DNA of 64,000 nt, taken from contig CACDMT010000002.1 in NCBI GenBank assembly GCA_902553945.1, forward strand, positions 8,083 through 72,082. Direction: 5' to 3'. Shown in pieces: positions 1 to 11,096 of the stretch (the first letter of the stretch is position 1; each line of letters opens with the position of its first letter). The notes beneath the pieces are model-generated. The model was given only the letters and a program-made list of their open reading frames with translations. It searched no databases and was not told where the DNA came from. The position numbers and the translations under genes are program-made. The DNA is from an uncultured Alphaproteobacteria bacterium. Lineage in GTDB: Bacteria; Pseudomonadota; Alphaproteobacteria; HIMB59; GCA-002718135.

Positions 1-301
1 CAATAAATTCAAGTAATTTTGTTGCATATTTTTGTCTTCTATTATTTTTTGATATATAAATAATATAAATTTCTAATGATGTTTGTTCATCAAAATTTAT
101 TTTTTCACCCATTAAAAAACCAATTAAAGACTTATTTTTATATATTCCAACTGAGAAACTATTTTTTTTCTCTAATTGAATTCTTATTTGTTTTTCTGCC
201 CATCCTAATTTTTTAAAATAATTAAAATCATTATTCTCTAACTGAATAAAATTAGATATATTTTTGTAATCTGATAATTTTAATAATCTTATATTTATCA
301 A
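1..301 (-). CDS. rimI: GNAT-family N-acetyltransferase, RimI-like (partial; C-terminus runs off the window start)
   Basis: Not in the supplied ORF track. The reverse-strand frame is open from a TTG at 301..299 (overlapping the tsaB stop) down to position 1. The translation ...GIYKNKSLIGFLMGEKINFDEQTSLEIYIIYISKNNRRQKYATKLLEFI resembles the GNAT acetyl-CoA-binding region. tsaB-rimI adjacency is a common bacterial arrangement. Confidence 0.5.
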   Translation of the reverse strand, partial: MINIRLLKLSDYKNISNFIQLENNDFNYFKKLGWAEKQIRIQLEKKNSFSVGIYKNKSLIGFLMGEKINFDEQTSLEIYIIYISKNNRRQKYATKLLEFI

Positions 302-909
302 TTTAAAATTTTGTTGTTGGAAACATATATAGGTTCAATAATTTTTTTATCATCAAAGTTTAGATTATTATAATTTTTTAAGATCAATTCCTGTATACTA
401 AATTTATATTGCTTCAATTTAATATCATTATTATTTATTTTATTTTCATTATAAAAAATACAATCAATAAATTGTGGTATTTTAAAATTTAAATCAATTT
501 TTTTATAAATGAAATTTTTTTCTTTTTCATAATAACAAAAAAATTCTTGATTACTTGCTGACTGAATAAAAATTCCTGGATTTATATTTTTAGATTTTTT
601 GGATAAAATTTTATACATATCAAAACATGAAAAATCTGAAATTTTAATTTTATTTGAAAGTTGTAGTCCTGAAATAAAAGCACTGCCTATCCTTAAATTT
701 GTATATGAACCTGGACCATTAGTAATTACAATTTTGTTAATTTTTTCTAATAAATTTAATTTATTATTTATATTGTTAAATATTGGGAAGAGATTTTCAC
801 TAAGTTTATTGCTTTTTGAGGAATATATTTTTTTACTAAATACTACTTTATTATCATCAATTACCGTAAATTCTGATATTGATGATATAACATCTAATAT
901 AAGCAACAT
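298..909 (-). CDS. tsaB: tRNA threonylcarbamoyladenosine biosynthesis protein TsaB (YeaZ family)
   Basis: 203-aa ORF. The MLLILDV start and the NGPGSYTNLRIGSAF motif are typical of TsaB/YeaZ. Confidence 0.8.
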   Translation of the reverse strand: MLLILDVISSISEFTVIDDNKVVFSKKIYSSKSNKLSENLFPIFNNINNKLNLLEKINKIVITNGPGSYTNLRIGSAFISGLQLSNKIKISDFSCFDMYKILSKKSKNINPGIFIQSASNQEFFCYYEKEKNFIYKKIDLNFKIPQFIDCIFYNENKINNNDIKLKQYKFSIQELILKNYNNLNFDDKKIIEPIYVSNNKILN

Positions 910-1941
910 ATGAACAACATAAAATATATCCTTTTAAATTTTACGAAAGTAGTTTTTTTTATATTTTTGTATATTTCATGTTTGCAAGCTTCAAATATTA
1001 AAAATTCAGCAACTGTTTTTATGTATCATAAATTTGGTGTTGAAAAATATCCAACTACAAGTGTAACTATAGAACAACTAAATAATCACATAGAAGAACT
1101 AACTAAAAATAAATATAATATAATGCCTCTCGATTTCATTGTTGATACTATAATAAATGATGGAGTGCTTCCAAATAATACAATTGGAATAAGTATTGAT
1201 GATGCTGATAAATCATTTATTGAAGTTGCTTGGCCATTATTTAAAGAAAATAACATACCTGTTACTCTTTTTGTTACTACTAAGACTATTGTAAAAAACA
1301 GTAAGAACTATATTGACTGGGATCAAATTAGACAACTAGAAAAAGAAGGTGTAACAATAGGTGCACACTCTCATACACATGCACACTTACCTGATTTAAG
1401 TATTAAAGAAGTTATAGAAGAAATCGAATTATCTAATAAAATATTTTTAAAAGAATTAGGTAAAACTCCAAATTTATTTGCATATCCTTATGGAGAAACA
1501 AGTGAAGAAATTTTTCAAATAATGAAAGATTACAATTATAAAGTAGCTTTTGGTCAACATTCAGGAGTTATAAATGAAACTTCTAATATGTATTATTTAC
1601 CTCGGTTTTCACTAAATGAAAAATATGGAGAAATAGATAGAGTAAAATTTGCAGCTAATGCAAAAGGTTTAGGTGTCTATGATTTTATACCAATGAGTCC
1701 CCATATTAGCAAAAATCCTCCCTTTATAGGTTTTTCACTTTTAGATGAAAAACTATCAATGTCACTTGATTGCTTTATATTTGATAGTTCAGGTCAAGTA
1801 GAAAAAGAAATTTATAAATTTAATGAAAGAATTGAAATCAGATTGTCTAGAGAATTATCAAAAGGTAGATCAAGAATAAACTGTACGGCAAAAGATGATG
1901 AAGGAAATTGGAGATGGTTTGGCCATCAACTTTATAATTAA
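910..1941 (+). CDS. exported polysaccharide deacetylase (NodB-homology domain) protein
   Basis: 343 aa with an N-terminal hydrophobic signal segment. NodB-type motifs are SIDDADKS (TFDDG-like) and HSHTHAHL (H-S/T-x-x-H). Confidence 0.7.
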   Translation: MNNIKYILLNFTKVVFFIFLYISCLQASNIKNSATVFMYHKFGVEKYPTTSVTIEQLNNHIEELTKNKYNIMPLDFIVDTIINDGVLPNNTIGISIDDADKSFIEVAWPLFKENNIPVTLFVTTKTIVKNSKNYIDWDQIRQLEKEGVTIGAHSHTHAHLPDLSIKEVIEEIELSNKIFLKELGKTPNLFAYPYGETSEEIFQIMKDYNYKVAFGQHSGVINETSNMYYLPRFSLNEKYGEIDRVKFAANAKGLGVYDFIPMSPHISKNPPFIGFSLLDEKLSMSLDCFIFDSSGQVEKEIYKFNERIEIRLSRELSKGRSRINCTAKDDEGNWRWFGHQLYN

Positions 1942-2940
1942 TTAGTAAGTTATAATTTTTGAGTCAAATTTTTTAAATTTATTTTTATCAATAACGGCTG
2001 TGATAGTATTAATATAGTTACTATCCTCTGCATAGGTATTCAATTGATTTATTAATAAGTGAGTATTAGAAAAATTATTTCTTTGTCTCATTATTTTTCT
2101 AATATTTCTAAATTCTAAATAAGCATAATGACTATTAATGTTATTAAAATAAGACTCAACACTATGATCATAAGAGCTGAATGATTTAATTAGATGTTTT
2201 TCACCATTTTCTCTTTCCAGGGGCTTAACACCATTTTTATTATTGTATGTATACTCTCCAAAAAGTGCATTATGTTGCGTTGCAAATCTTGATGTACCCC
2301 ATCCACTTTCAATAGCAGCTTGGGCAAGTGCTATGGAATTTGGAATAATATCTATATTAATAAGTAAATCATCAATAAGGTCCAACTTGTGCTTATTTTC
2401 ATATGATATACTATGATCTTTTGCCAGATTATTTAATTTATTAATTTCACTGTTAGTTAAAGTTTTATTTTTATTAAGTTTAAACCTAATATCTTTTAGA
2501 TAGTCTCTAATTAAGATTATCTTTTGGTTTTCATTAAGAATAATAGGAAGAACAATTTTTACAAATTGTTTTTTATTATCATTTAAATAATTTAGATCTA
2601 GATCAGTTAGTTGAGAAAGATTATTTTGCTGATAATTTTTATTAATTTCTAACAAAATTTTTGGACTAATAGGTTTACTTCTGACTTTAACAATTATTTT
2701 TGTTTGCAAAACTTCTGAAACAGGTGGATCTTTCAAAGTAATCTCTTTTTCAGAATATAAATTATTTATTTCATCAGAATTAATATTTTTATAAGTGTGT
2801 CTATATTCATCAAAGTAAGAATCTAAAGAAATTTTTGTATCAATATTTTTTACATCAAATGATTTTAAATAATCTGAAAATCCTAATGTACATAGTACTG
2901 CTCCAATGGAGAAAAAAATAATTGATGTAAATTTATACAT
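1942..2940 (-). CDS. membrane-anchored glucosaminidase-domain protein (Bax/FlgJ-like)
   Basis: 332 aa with an N-terminal TM helix. The C-terminal AQAAIESGWGTSRFATQHNALFG matches the mannosyl-glycoprotein endo-beta-N-acetylglucosaminidase region. Confidence 0.65.
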   Translation of the reverse strand: MYKFTSIIFFSIGAVLCTLGFSDYLKSFDVKNIDTKISLDSYFDEYRHTYKNINSDEINNLYSEKEITLKDPPVSEVLQTKIIVKVRSKPISPKILLEINKNYQQNNLSQLTDLDLNYLNDNKKQFVKIVLPIILNENQKIILIRDYLKDIRFKLNKNKTLTNSEINKLNNLAKDHSISYENKHKLDLIDDLLINIDIIPNSIALAQAAIESGWGTSRFATQHNALFGEYTYNNKNGVKPLERENGEKHLIKSFSSYDHSVESYFNNINSHYAYLEFRNIRKIMRQRNNFSNTHLLINQLNTYAEDSNYINTITAVIDKNKFKKFDSKIITY

Positions 2941-2941
2941 A

Positions 2942-3502
2942 TTATTCTGCTATTGGTCTTACTTCTTGTACTTCAGGAATATAATGCTTTAACATATTTT
3001 CAATGCCCATTTTAAGTGTAGCAGTTGAGCTAGGGCAGCCTGAACATGCGCCTTGCATTTGAAGATAAACTATTCCATCTTTATAACTATCGTAAATTAT
3101 ATCACCTCCATCCATTGCGACTGCAGGTCTTACTCTTGTATCTAAAAGTTCTTTAATTTGTTTTACTAATTCTGAGTCGTTTTCATTTATTTCTGTGGAA
3201 TTATCTTTTATCACTTTTTTTGTTATAGTTGCGTCACCAGAATTAAAATGATCCATTATTGAGCCTAAAACAGAAGGTTTTAATATTTGCCATTCAGACT
3301 CATCTTTTTTTGTTATTGTGATAAAATCACTTCCAAAAAAAACTCCTACTACTCCATCTATATCAAATAATTTTTGCGCTAAAGGAGAGTCTGCTGCTTC
3401 TGATATATTTTGGTAGAATGCAGTACCCTCATCCATAACTACCTTTCCAGGTAGAAACTTTAAAGTTTGTGGATTCGGTGTTTGTTCAGTTTGTATAAAC
3501 AT
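2942..3502 (-). CDS. Nfu/NifU-type Fe-S cluster carrier protein
   Basis: 186 aa. It has an Nfu_N-type start (MFIQTEQTPNPQTLKF) and the C-terminal NifU CxxC motif GACSGCPSS. Confidence 0.85.
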   Translation of the reverse strand: MFIQTEQTPNPQTLKFLPGKVVMDEGTAFYQNISEAADSPLAQKLFDIDGVVGVFFGSDFITITKKDESEWQILKPSVLGSIMDHFNSGDATITKKVIKDNSTEINENDSELVKQIKELLDTRVRPAVAMDGGDIIYDSYKDGIVYLQMQGACSGCPSSTATLKMGIENMLKHYIPEVQEVRPIAE

Positions 3503-3575
3503 ATACTCTATATATAGTTATTAATATGTCTTTCGTATGAATTTTATTAAAAAAAAATAATTATTTGGGGAGTTC

Positions 3576-4583
3576 TTAGGACAAAAAACCTATAATTTCT
3601 TTGGTTTTTCTTAGAACTGGTTCAGCTACAGCTATAGCATTATTTTTTCCTGACTGTAAAACATCATCAATAAATGGAGTATCATTCATCAATTTATTCA
3701 TCTCAGATGTAATCGGTTCTAACTTAGACACTGCTAAATCAGCTAAATCTTTTTTAAAACTAGAGAATTCTTTTGCTCCATAGTTTTGTAAAACTTTATC
3801 TATTGAAATACTCTCCAAAGCAGAAAAAATGGTAATCAAATTTAGAGCTTCTGGTCTTAATTTAAGATCATTAATGTTGTCTGGCAAAGGATAAGGATCT
3901 GTTTTTGCCTTCTTAATTTTTTGTATGATATTTTCTGCTGAGTCAGTAAGCATTATCCTAGAATAATCTGAAGGATCAGATTTACTCATTTTCTTTGAAC
4001 CATCACGAAGACTCATGACTCTTTTTGCATCACCTAAAATTAAAGGTTCAGGAATAGGAAATAAATCCGTTTCAAAATCATTATTAAATTTTTGGGCTAT
4101 ATCTCTAGTAAGTTCTAAATGTTGTTTTTGATCCTCTCCAACTGGAACATGAGTTGCTAAATAAATTAGAATATCAGCAGCCATAAGAGTGGGATAAGAA
4201 AATAATCCGACTGAAACATTTTCACTATTTTTTCCTGCTTTGTCTTTAAATTGAGTCATTCTATTTAACCATCCCATTCTAGCGATACAATTAAATAACC
4301 ATGCAAGTTGTGCGTGTTGAGGAATTTGAGATTGAACAAAAATATTATTTTTTTTTGGATCAATTCCCGAAGCAATAAAAGCTGCAGTTACCTCTCTTGT
4401 TTTATTAGCTAAAACTTTTGGATCTTGCCAAACTGTTATAGCATGTAAATCTACTACACAAAAAAAACATTCATATTCTTTTTGTAATGATACAAAATTT
4501 TTAATAGCGCCAAGATAATTACCTAAATGCAAATCACCTGATGGTTGAACTCCTGATAATATTCTTTTCGTTGGTTTTTCCAT
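3576..4583 (-). CDS. trpS: tryptophan--tRNA ligase
   Basis: 335 aa. It has a class I HIGH-region ([11 protein letters not shown]), the KMSKS motif, and overall TrpS-like sequence. Confidence 0.95.
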   Translation of the reverse strand: MEKPTKRILSGVQPSGDLHLGNYLGAIKNFVSLQKEYECFFCVVDLHAITVWQDPKVLANKTREVTAAFIASGIDPKKNNIFVQSQIPQHAQLAWLFNCIARMGWLNRMTQFKDKAGKNSENVSVGLFSYPTLMAADILIYLATHVPVGEDQKQHLELTRDIAQKFNNDFETDLFPIPEPLILGDAKRVMSLRDGSKKMSKSDPSDYSRIMLTDSAENIIQKIKKAKTDPYPLPDNINDLKLRPEALNLITIFSALESISIDKVLQNYGAKEFSSFKKDLADLAVSKLEPITSEMNKLMNDTPFIDDVLQSGKNNAIAVAEPVLRKTKEIIGFLS

Positions 4584-4584
4584 T

Positions 4585-6132
4585 TTATTTTTTCAAATAT
4601 TCTCTTAGTTGATTAATGGTTACAACTTTTAACATAATTACTAAAACAAAATAAATAATTATAACTAAAAAAATGATTAGAAGTAAAAATAAAGAATTTA
4701 GAAGAATTGAATTATTAACAAAATCCTCAAAGATGAGTGTTTTTAAGCCGTAAATTCCAAAAAAAAGCACTACAGAACTTATTAAAATCTTTAAAGAATT
4801 ATTAATTAATAGACTGTCAACTTTGATATTATTTCTTATAGAAAGCGTAACATACAACAATAAAACATTGATCCAGGCGCTTATTGCAGTAGCTAGAGCT
4901 ATACCCATTTCACGCATTGACTCAATCAATAATAAGGAGAGCAAAATATTACTAATGACACTTACAATGGAAATATAAAGTGGTGTTTTCGTATCCTCTC
5001 TTGCAAAAAAACAAGAAACAAGAACTTTAATAATTATATAAGCTGGTAAACCTAAAGCAAAGTATCCAAGAACTCTAGCGGTATAAAAAGTATCCTCTTG
5101 TAAAAATGCACCGCGCTCAAATAAAATATAAATTATAGGTTCAGCTAAAATAAATAATCCAATTGCTGATGGAAGCGAAATTAATAAAGAAAATTCTATA
5201 GATCTATTTTGAATATTATGAGTAGTTTCTTGATCAGATTGTTTAATAGCTTTTGATAAATTGGGTAATAAAACTATTCCAAGTGCTATTCCAAAAATGG
5301 CAAGTGGTAGTTGGTTAAGTCGATCAGCATAATAAATATGACTGATAGCACCAACAGGTAAGAAAGAAGCAATGATTGTTCCAATAACGATATTTAATTG
5401 GATAACACCTGATCCAACAATACCTGGTAAAAATAATTTAAAAAACTTTTTAAGCTTTTCATTTAAAACAGGAATACGAAGACGCGGACGATAAAAATTT
5501 AGAACAGATCGATATAAATATAAAAATTGTAAAACACCCCCAATAAGAACTCCGTACGATAATGCGTGTCCTGCGCTTGGTAAAAGTGGAGTTAAGATAA
5601 ATAAGGAAAGTATAAAGCTAATGTTAAGTATTGCTGGAGCAAAGGCACCAGCTGCAAAACGTTCATGAACATTATTAATAGAAGCAAAGTGAGCAGCAAG
5701 AGAAATAAAGATAAGATAGGGGAATATAATTTTTCCAAAATGGACGGCTAATTCATACGCTTCTTTATTATCGGTAAAACCAGGGGCTAATACTTGAATG
5801 ATATACGGCATGCCAAAGAAAAAAAGGATAGTCAAAACCACCGTAGCAAATAGTAGCATTGAGGTTGTGTTCTCGACAAAGTCTGATGCTTCGCGGTCAT
5901 CTTTTGGATTAAGAACAACACCTGAGAAAACAGGGATTAATGCAGCACTGTATGCTCCTTCTGCGAGGACACGGCGAAAAAAATTAGGAATACGAAATGC
6001 TACGAAGAAAGCATCAGCCATTACTGTTGATCCCAGATATCTTGCTATTAATATGTCTCGGATAAAACCTAATACTCGACTTAAAAATGTATAAAAGCTG
6101 ACAGTAAAGAATGATCTAAAAAGACTCTTCAT
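4585..6132 (-). CDS. murJ: lipid II flippase MurJ (MviN)
   Basis: 515 aa, polytopic. The N-terminus [37 protein letters not shown] is the MurJ signature. murJ-trpS adjacency is typical of alphaproteobacteria. Confidence 0.9.
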   Translation of the reverse strand: MKSLFRSFFTVSFYTFLSRVLGFIRDILIARYLGSTVMADAFFVAFRIPNFFRRVLAEGAYSAALIPVFSGVVLNPKDDREASDFVENTTSMLLFATVVLTILFFFGMPYIIQVLAPGFTDNKEAYELAVHFGKIIFPYLIFISLAAHFASINNVHERFAAGAFAPAILNISFILSLFILTPLLPSAGHALSYGVLIGGVLQFLYLYRSVLNFYRPRLRIPVLNEKLKKFFKLFLPGIVGSGVIQLNIVIGTIIASFLPVGAISHIYYADRLNQLPLAIFGIALGIVLLPNLSKAIKQSDQETTHNIQNRSIEFSLLISLPSAIGLFILAEPIIYILFERGAFLQEDTFYTARVLGYFALGLPAYIIIKVLVSCFFAREDTKTPLYISIVSVISNILLSLLLIESMREMGIALATAISAWINVLLLYVTLSIRNNIKVDSLLINNSLKILISSVVLFFGIYGLKTLIFEDFVNNSILLNSLFLLLIIFLVIIIYFVLVIMLKVVTINQLREYLKK

Positions 6133-6186
6133 ATGGTGGTTTTATAGTTTGGTAAGTGATTTGTATAAGTGAAATTTATGGCTTAA

Positions 6187-6870
6187 TTACGAGCCAAAAC
6201 AATATCCTGCTGATCTCACTGTTCTTATAAAATCTTCTTTTTCGTCATTATTTATGGCCTTTCGCAGTCTTCTTATATGAACATCAACTGTTCGAGGTTC
6301 TACATGGGCCTCATTTTTCCAAACATGATTAAGTAATTGTTCGCGGCTAAAGACACGACCAATATTTTCCATGAAGAAAGCTAATAAATTAAATTCTGTT
6401 GGACCAAGATGAAGAGTTTCTCCATCTCGTGATGCCGAGTGAGATACAAGATCAATTACTATTCCTTTATAAGTTAAAACTTCATCTACAAACATTGGTC
6501 TAATTCGTCGAAGAACAGCTTTTACTCTTGCCACTAATTCGTTAACCGAAAAGGGTTTTGTTATGTAATCATCTGCTCCAGTTTCTAAGCCGCGAAGTTT
6601 ATCTTCTTCTTCACCTTTTGCTGTTAACATTATGATAGGAATATTCTTATGTTCTTTATTTTTTCTAATTCTTCTACAAAGTTCAATTCCTGATAGTTTA
6701 GGTAACATCCAATCAAGAATAATTATGTCAGGTGGTTTATATAATATTTTTTCTAAAGCAGTTTCACCGTCCGTTGCAGTATCTATTTTATATCCTTCTT
6801 TATTAAAATTAAATTTAAGAAGATCAAGTAATGCTTCTTCATCTTCGACGATAAGCATTTTTAGTTTCAT
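6187..6870 (-). CDS. phoB: phosphate regulon response regulator PhoB (OmpR family)
   Basis: 227 aa with a receiver domain (VEDEE...ILDWMLP...TAKG) plus a winged-helix C-terminus (RTVDVHIRRLRKA). It is the last gene of the pstSCAB-phoU-phoB string. Confidence 0.85.
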   Translation of the reverse strand: MKLKMLIVEDEEALLDLLKFNFNKEGYKIDTATDGETALEKILYKPPDIIILDWMLPKLSGIELCRRIRKNKEHKNIPIIMLTAKGEEEDKLRGLETGADDYITKPFSVNELVARVKAVLRRIRPMFVDEVLTYKGIVIDLVSHSASRDGETLHLGPTEFNLLAFFMENIGRVFSREQLLNHVWKNEAHVEPRTVDVHIRRLRKAINNDEKEDFIRTVRSAGYCFGS

Positions 6871-6911
6871 GAATCTCTACTATTAAATTTTTGTTACAAT
6901 TCTATTACAAT

Positions 6912-7622
6912 TTATTTTTTCTTTGGAAGAATTGCTTCCCAGGTTGGGTCTGGATTACCATCAAATAGGGGCTCACCAGAAACTGCATAATAAATATCTT
7001 CAGCTATATTTTGTACATAATCACCAATTCGCTCTAGGTCTTTAACCATATATAAAAGACTTGTACATGCTGTGATTCTTTTTGGTTCTTCCATCATGTA
7101 GGTTAATAGTTGTCTTAATATTCCAAGATATTCTTCATCAATTTGTCTATCCATTAACCAAACTTTTTTTGCGGCTTGATCTGAAAATTCTAAAAAAGCT
7201 TTTATTACTTCACTAATCATTATATTTACTTGTGCACCCATATTAATAATATCTCTCGAAGGTTTTTCTGGCAAAACTATTTCTGCTACTGCTACTCTTT
7301 TGGCAATATTTGTTGCATGATCTCCTATTCTTTCTAGATCTTTATTGATTTTAATTGCTGAAAAAATTGTTCGTAAGTCTGCAGCCATCGGTTGTCTTTT
7401 GCCAAGTATTTCAACTAAGCTTTGATCAAGAGTATTATATGCTTTATCAATTACATTATCGTTTTCTATAATTTTTTCGGCAAATTCTGTATCTTTATCC
7501 TTTAAACATTGAAGTGAGTCTTTTAGTTGATTTTCAACTAAACTGCCCATATCAACAATATTATTTTTAATGTCTCTAATTTCTTCATCATATGATTTTA
7601 CAATGTGTCCTTCTTGTTTCAT
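6912..7622 (-). CDS. phoU: phosphate signalling complex protein PhoU
   Basis: 236 aa with two PhoU repeats (DLERIGDHATNIA and DLERIGDYVQNIA). It lies immediately downstream of pstB. Confidence 0.9.
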   Translation of the reverse strand: MKQEGHIVKSYDEEIRDIKNNIVDMGSLVENQLKDSLQCLKDKDTEFAEKIIENDNVIDKAYNTLDQSLVEILGKRQPMAADLRTIFSAIKINKDLERIGDHATNIAKRVAVAEIVLPEKPSRDIINMGAQVNIMISEVIKAFLEFSDQAAKKVWLMDRQIDEEYLGILRQLLTYMMEEPKRITACTSLLYMVKDLERIGDYVQNIAEDIYYAVSGEPLFDGNPDPTWEAILPKKK

Positions 7623-8383
7623 TATCCAAATCTCCCTGTAATGTAATCCTGTGTTTTTGTATTATCAGGATTTGTAAAAATTTTGTTTGTCTCACCCGTT
7701 TCTATTAATTCTCCTAAATGGAAGAAACATGTTTTCTGCGAAACCCTGGCTGCCTGTTGCATAGAATGAGTTACTATAATAATTGTATAGTTTAATCTTA
7801 ACTCATCAATTAATTCTTCTATAATAGCAGTTGCTATTGGATCTAAAGCAGAGCAAGGTTCGTCCATTAGGATTATTTCAGGATTAACAGCAATTGCTCT
7901 TGCAATACATAATCGTTGTTGTTGACCGCCTGATAAACTTGTTCCAGGTTCATTTAATCGATCTTTTACTTCATCAAATAGACCTGCCTTTTTTAATGAT
8001 GAATGTACAATTTCTTCTAATTCATTTTTTGAGTCAACTAAACCATGTATAGTTGGGCCATAAGCAACATTATCAAAAATAGATTTAGGAAAAGGATTTG
8101 GTTTTTGAAATACCATTCCAATTTTAGATCTTAGACTTACAACATCGGTTTTTTCACTAATAATTTCTTCGTTATCTACTTTTATTGATCCCGATACTTT
8201 ACATATTTCAATTAAATCATTCATTCTGTTTATACATCTTAAGAAAGTTGATTTACCACATCCTGAAGGACCGATTAATGCCGTAACTTCTTTCTCCTTG
8301 ATATCCATTGAGATTCCAAAAAGGGCTTGTTTGGATCCATAATATACATCTACACCATTTGCCAATATTTTAGAGTTACTCAT
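7622..8383 (-). CDS. pstB: phosphate ABC transporter ATP-binding protein PstB
   Basis: 253 aa with Walker [10 protein letters not shown], signature LSGGQQQRL and Walker B ILMDEP. The PstB-type C-terminus is [10 protein letters not shown]. Confidence 0.95.
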   Translation of the reverse strand: MSNSKILANGVDVYYGSKQALFGISMDIKEKEVTALIGPSGCGKSTFLRCINRMNDLIEICKVSGSIKVDNEEIISEKTDVVSLRSKIGMVFQKPNPFPKSIFDNVAYGPTIHGLVDSKNELEEIVHSSLKKAGLFDEVKDRLNEPGTSLSGGQQQRLCIARAIAVNPEIILMDEPCSALDPIATAIIEELIDELRLNYTIIIVTHSMQQAARVSQKTCFFHLGELIETGETNKIFTNPDNTKTQDYITGRFG

Positions 8384-8386
8384 GTT

Positions 8387-9667
8387 TTACCACTTCCTTT
8401 CAAATCTATTTCTTAAGAACACTGCAATGGCATTCATCATAAACAAAAATATTAAAATTACCATTATGGCTGCAGCTGATTTTTCTTGAAAACCTCTTTC
8501 TGCACTTTCCACCCAAAGATATATTTGAACAGGTAGTGCTGCTGAAGGTTCTGTTAAACCAGTTGGAATATTAGGAATAAATGCAATCATGCCAATCATT
8601 ATTAGTGGTGCTGTTTCTCCTAATGCTTGTGCTAATCCAATAATAGTCCCTGTTAAAGTCCCTGGTAGTGCAAGGGGTACGACATGATGAAATACCGCTT
8701 GTGTTTTTGTTGCTCCAACTGCAAGTGCTCCTTCTTTAATTGAAGGAGGAACAGCTTTCAATGAAGCTCGGCAGGCAATGATAATGGTTGGTAACGTCAT
8801 TAAGGCTAATACGGACCCTCCAACTAACGGTGTACTCCTTGGAAGACCAAAAACATTAAGCAATACCCCCAACCCAAGTAGTCCAAAAACTATTGATGGG
8901 ACTGCTGCTAGATTTGAAATATTTACTTCTATTAATTCAGTTATTCTATTTTTTGGAGCAAATTCCTCAAGATAAACAGACGCTCCTATAGCAATTGGAA
9001 AAGATAAAATAAAAACAGTAAAAAGAGTAAATAATGATCCCATAAATGAACCAGCTACACCAGCAATTTCAGGATGCCTTGAATCTGCTTTAGTAAAAAA
9101 GAAATTATTAAAAACTTGTTTAACTCTATTTTCTTCAACTAATTGATCAACATAACTTAATTGAATATCATTTAATTTTCTTCTATCTTCTGGCACATCC
9201 CTTCTTGAATTACCTTTTAATAGTTGATCCACATCACTATGGGCAGTTACCCAAATTTGTTGCTTAGTATTAATAACTTCAGGATTATCTAAGAAGTAGT
9301 CTTTAATTTCCTTATCTACATTTATAGAAAATAATTTTTTTACTAATTTAATATCTGATTTTGAGAGATCAGGGAAAAAATTTTCAATAGCCTGTTTTTT
9401 AACTCTAAAAAATTTTCCTTTTTCCATATCTTCATCTGAAGAGTCAGGTGTTAGTTTTAAAACCTCTTGATTATAATCAACTTCTAGGAGAACAATTGTT
9501 TTTTGAAAAGCAGTGTATCCTTTAGAAAATATTGTATACAAAAGAAAAACTAAAACTGCTAAAGATAAACACATAGCTGTGAAGCCGTAATACTTAAATC
9601 GCATATCTTCTAAACTTCTCTTTTTTCTCAAAGAAATAATTTTTTCTTTAGCAATAGAATTATTCAT
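8387..9667 (-). CDS. pstA: phosphate ABC transporter permease PstA
   Basis: 426 aa with an N-terminal TM helix, a long loop, and a C-terminal BPD-type permease core (EGALAVGATKTQ EAA loop). Its position is between pstC and pstB. Confidence 0.85.
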   Translation of the reverse strand: MNNSIAKEKIISLRKKRSLEDMRFKYYGFTAMCLSLAVLVFLLYTIFSKGYTAFQKTIVLLEVDYNQEVLKLTPDSSDEDMEKGKFFRVKKQAIENFFPDLSKSDIKLVKKLFSINVDKEIKDYFLDNPEVINTKQQIWVTAHSDVDQLLKGNSRRDVPEDRRKLNDIQLSYVDQLVEENRVKQVFNNFFFTKADSRHPEIAGVAGSFMGSLFTLFTVFILSFPIAIGASVYLEEFAPKNRITELIEVNISNLAAVPSIVFGLLGLGVLLNVFGLPRSTPLVGGSVLALMTLPTIIIACRASLKAVPPSIKEGALAVGATKTQAVFHHVVPLALPGTLTGTIIGLAQALGETAPLIMIGMIAFIPNIPTGLTEPSAALPVQIYLWVESAERGFQEKSAAAIMVILIFLFMMNAIAVFLRNRFERKW

Positions 9668-11033
9668 AACGCTCCCTGTATCTCTTTACTATTTGTAGAG
9701 CTATAATGTTAAGAAATAATGTAATAACAAATAAAACTAATCCTAAAGCAAATGCTGATAATGTTCTTGGGTTATCAAATTCTTGATCACCTATTAAGGC
9801 CACAACAATTTGAACTGTAACTGTTGTTACATTTTCAAAAGGATTGCCCGTAAGATTGGGGGCTGTGCCTGCTGCAACTACAACAATCATAGTCTCCCCT
9901 ATCGCTCTGGATATTGCTAATAAAAATGCTCCAACAATTCCAGGTAAAGCTGCTGGTAAAATTACTTTTTTAATAGTTTCTGCTTTATTAGCGCCAATAC
10001 CAAGAGATGCTTCCCTTAGACTTTGTGGGACAGAGTTTATTACATCATCAGATAAAGAAGAAATAAAAGGAATAATCATAACCCCCATTACCATGCCGGC
10101 TGCAAGGGCGCTTGTTGGTGAAGCATCAATTCCAATTGATTGTCCAAATGCTTTAACGAAAGGTGCAACACTAACAAAAGCAAAGAACCCGTAGACTATT
10201 GTTGGTATTCCTGCCAAAATTTCGAGAAGAGGTTTAACTATTTTTCTAACTCTTTGACTTGCGTATTCTGCTAAATAAATTGCTGTTAATAATCCAAGAG
10301 GTACCGCAACACACATGGCTACTACCATTACTAAAAATGTTCCAGCAAATATTGGTACTGCACCAAAGGATCCCTCTGCAGCTGTTTGACCTTCTCTAAT
10401 TGGAATAAAAGGATACCACTCAGTACTAAATAAAAATTCAAATATTGATACTTCTGCAAAAAAGCGAAGGCTTTCAAATATTAGTGAAAAAACTATTCCT
10501 ATTGTAGTGAAAATAGCAACAGATGAACAAAATATAAGTATATATTGAATATATTTTTCAATTGTATGTTGAGCATGAAATTCTGGTTTTAATTTTTGTG
10601 AAGCGTATAAGGCTCCAAGTAACATTATAATGATTATTGAGGTATAAAAAGATATTTGACTTATTTGTCTTAAGGAAGAATAATGAGATGCAGCATTAAT
10701 TATTTCTATAGATTTACCATCAGCAAAAGAAGGGTTATTAGCAACATTTCTAATCTCTGCTAACAATAATCCTTCGTTGTAAACTGCGCCCTCAATAAAT
10801 TCAAAGTTACTAATAACTATGTTTTGAATAATCTGTTCTTGAAAAATAGCCCATGAAAAATAAACAATTAGTGCAGGAAACAAACACCACATTAAAACGT
10901 ATTGTGCGTAATAATTGGGAAGAGATTTGCTTTTCGTACCTTGTTTTTTAGAATTTAATTTAATTCTTGATCTTCCGTATATAAAGGAAGAGAAAATTCC
11001 GACTGCAATTAAAACTAAAGACCAAAAAAACAT
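9660..11033 (-). CDS. pstC: phosphate ABC transporter permease PstC
   Basis: 457 aa polytopic permease with the EAA loop REASLGIGANKAETI. It overlaps pstA by 8 nt. Confidence 0.85.
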   Translation of the reverse strand: MFFWSLVLIAVGIFSSFIYGRSRIKLNSKKQGTKSKSLPNYYAQYVLMWCLFPALIVYFSWAIFQEQIIQNIVISNFEFIEGAVYNEGLLLAEIRNVANNPSFADGKSIEIINAASHYSSLRQISQISFYTSIIIIMLLGALYASQKLKPEFHAQHTIEKYIQYILIFCSSVAIFTTIGIVFSLIFESLRFFAEVSIFEFLFSTEWYPFIPIREGQTAAEGSFGAVPIFAGTFLVMVVAMCVAVPLGLLTAIYLAEYASQRVRKIVKPLLEILAGIPTIVYGFFAFVSVAPFVKAFGQSIGIDASPTSALAAGMVMGVMIIPFISSLSDDVINSVPQSLREASLGIGANKAETIKKVILPAALPGIVGAFLLAISRAIGETMIVVVAAGTAPNLTGNPFENVTTVTVQIVVALIGDQEFDNPRTLSAFALGLVLFVITLFLNIIALQIVKRYRERYE

Positions 11034-11048
11034 TTATAACTTAGTATT

Positions 11049-11074
11049 AAAAAAAAGGGGGCTTGTATGCCCCC
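11049..11074 (-). terminator. rho-independent terminator/attenuator between pstS and pstC
   Basis: On the minus strand, GGGGGC-ATACAA-GCCCCC (11074..11057) is followed directly by T8 (11056..11049). It starts 23 nt after the pstS stop and is the only GC-rich element in this gap. Confidence 0.8.
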
Positions 11075-11096
11075 ATTTTATAAAAATTTAAGATTT

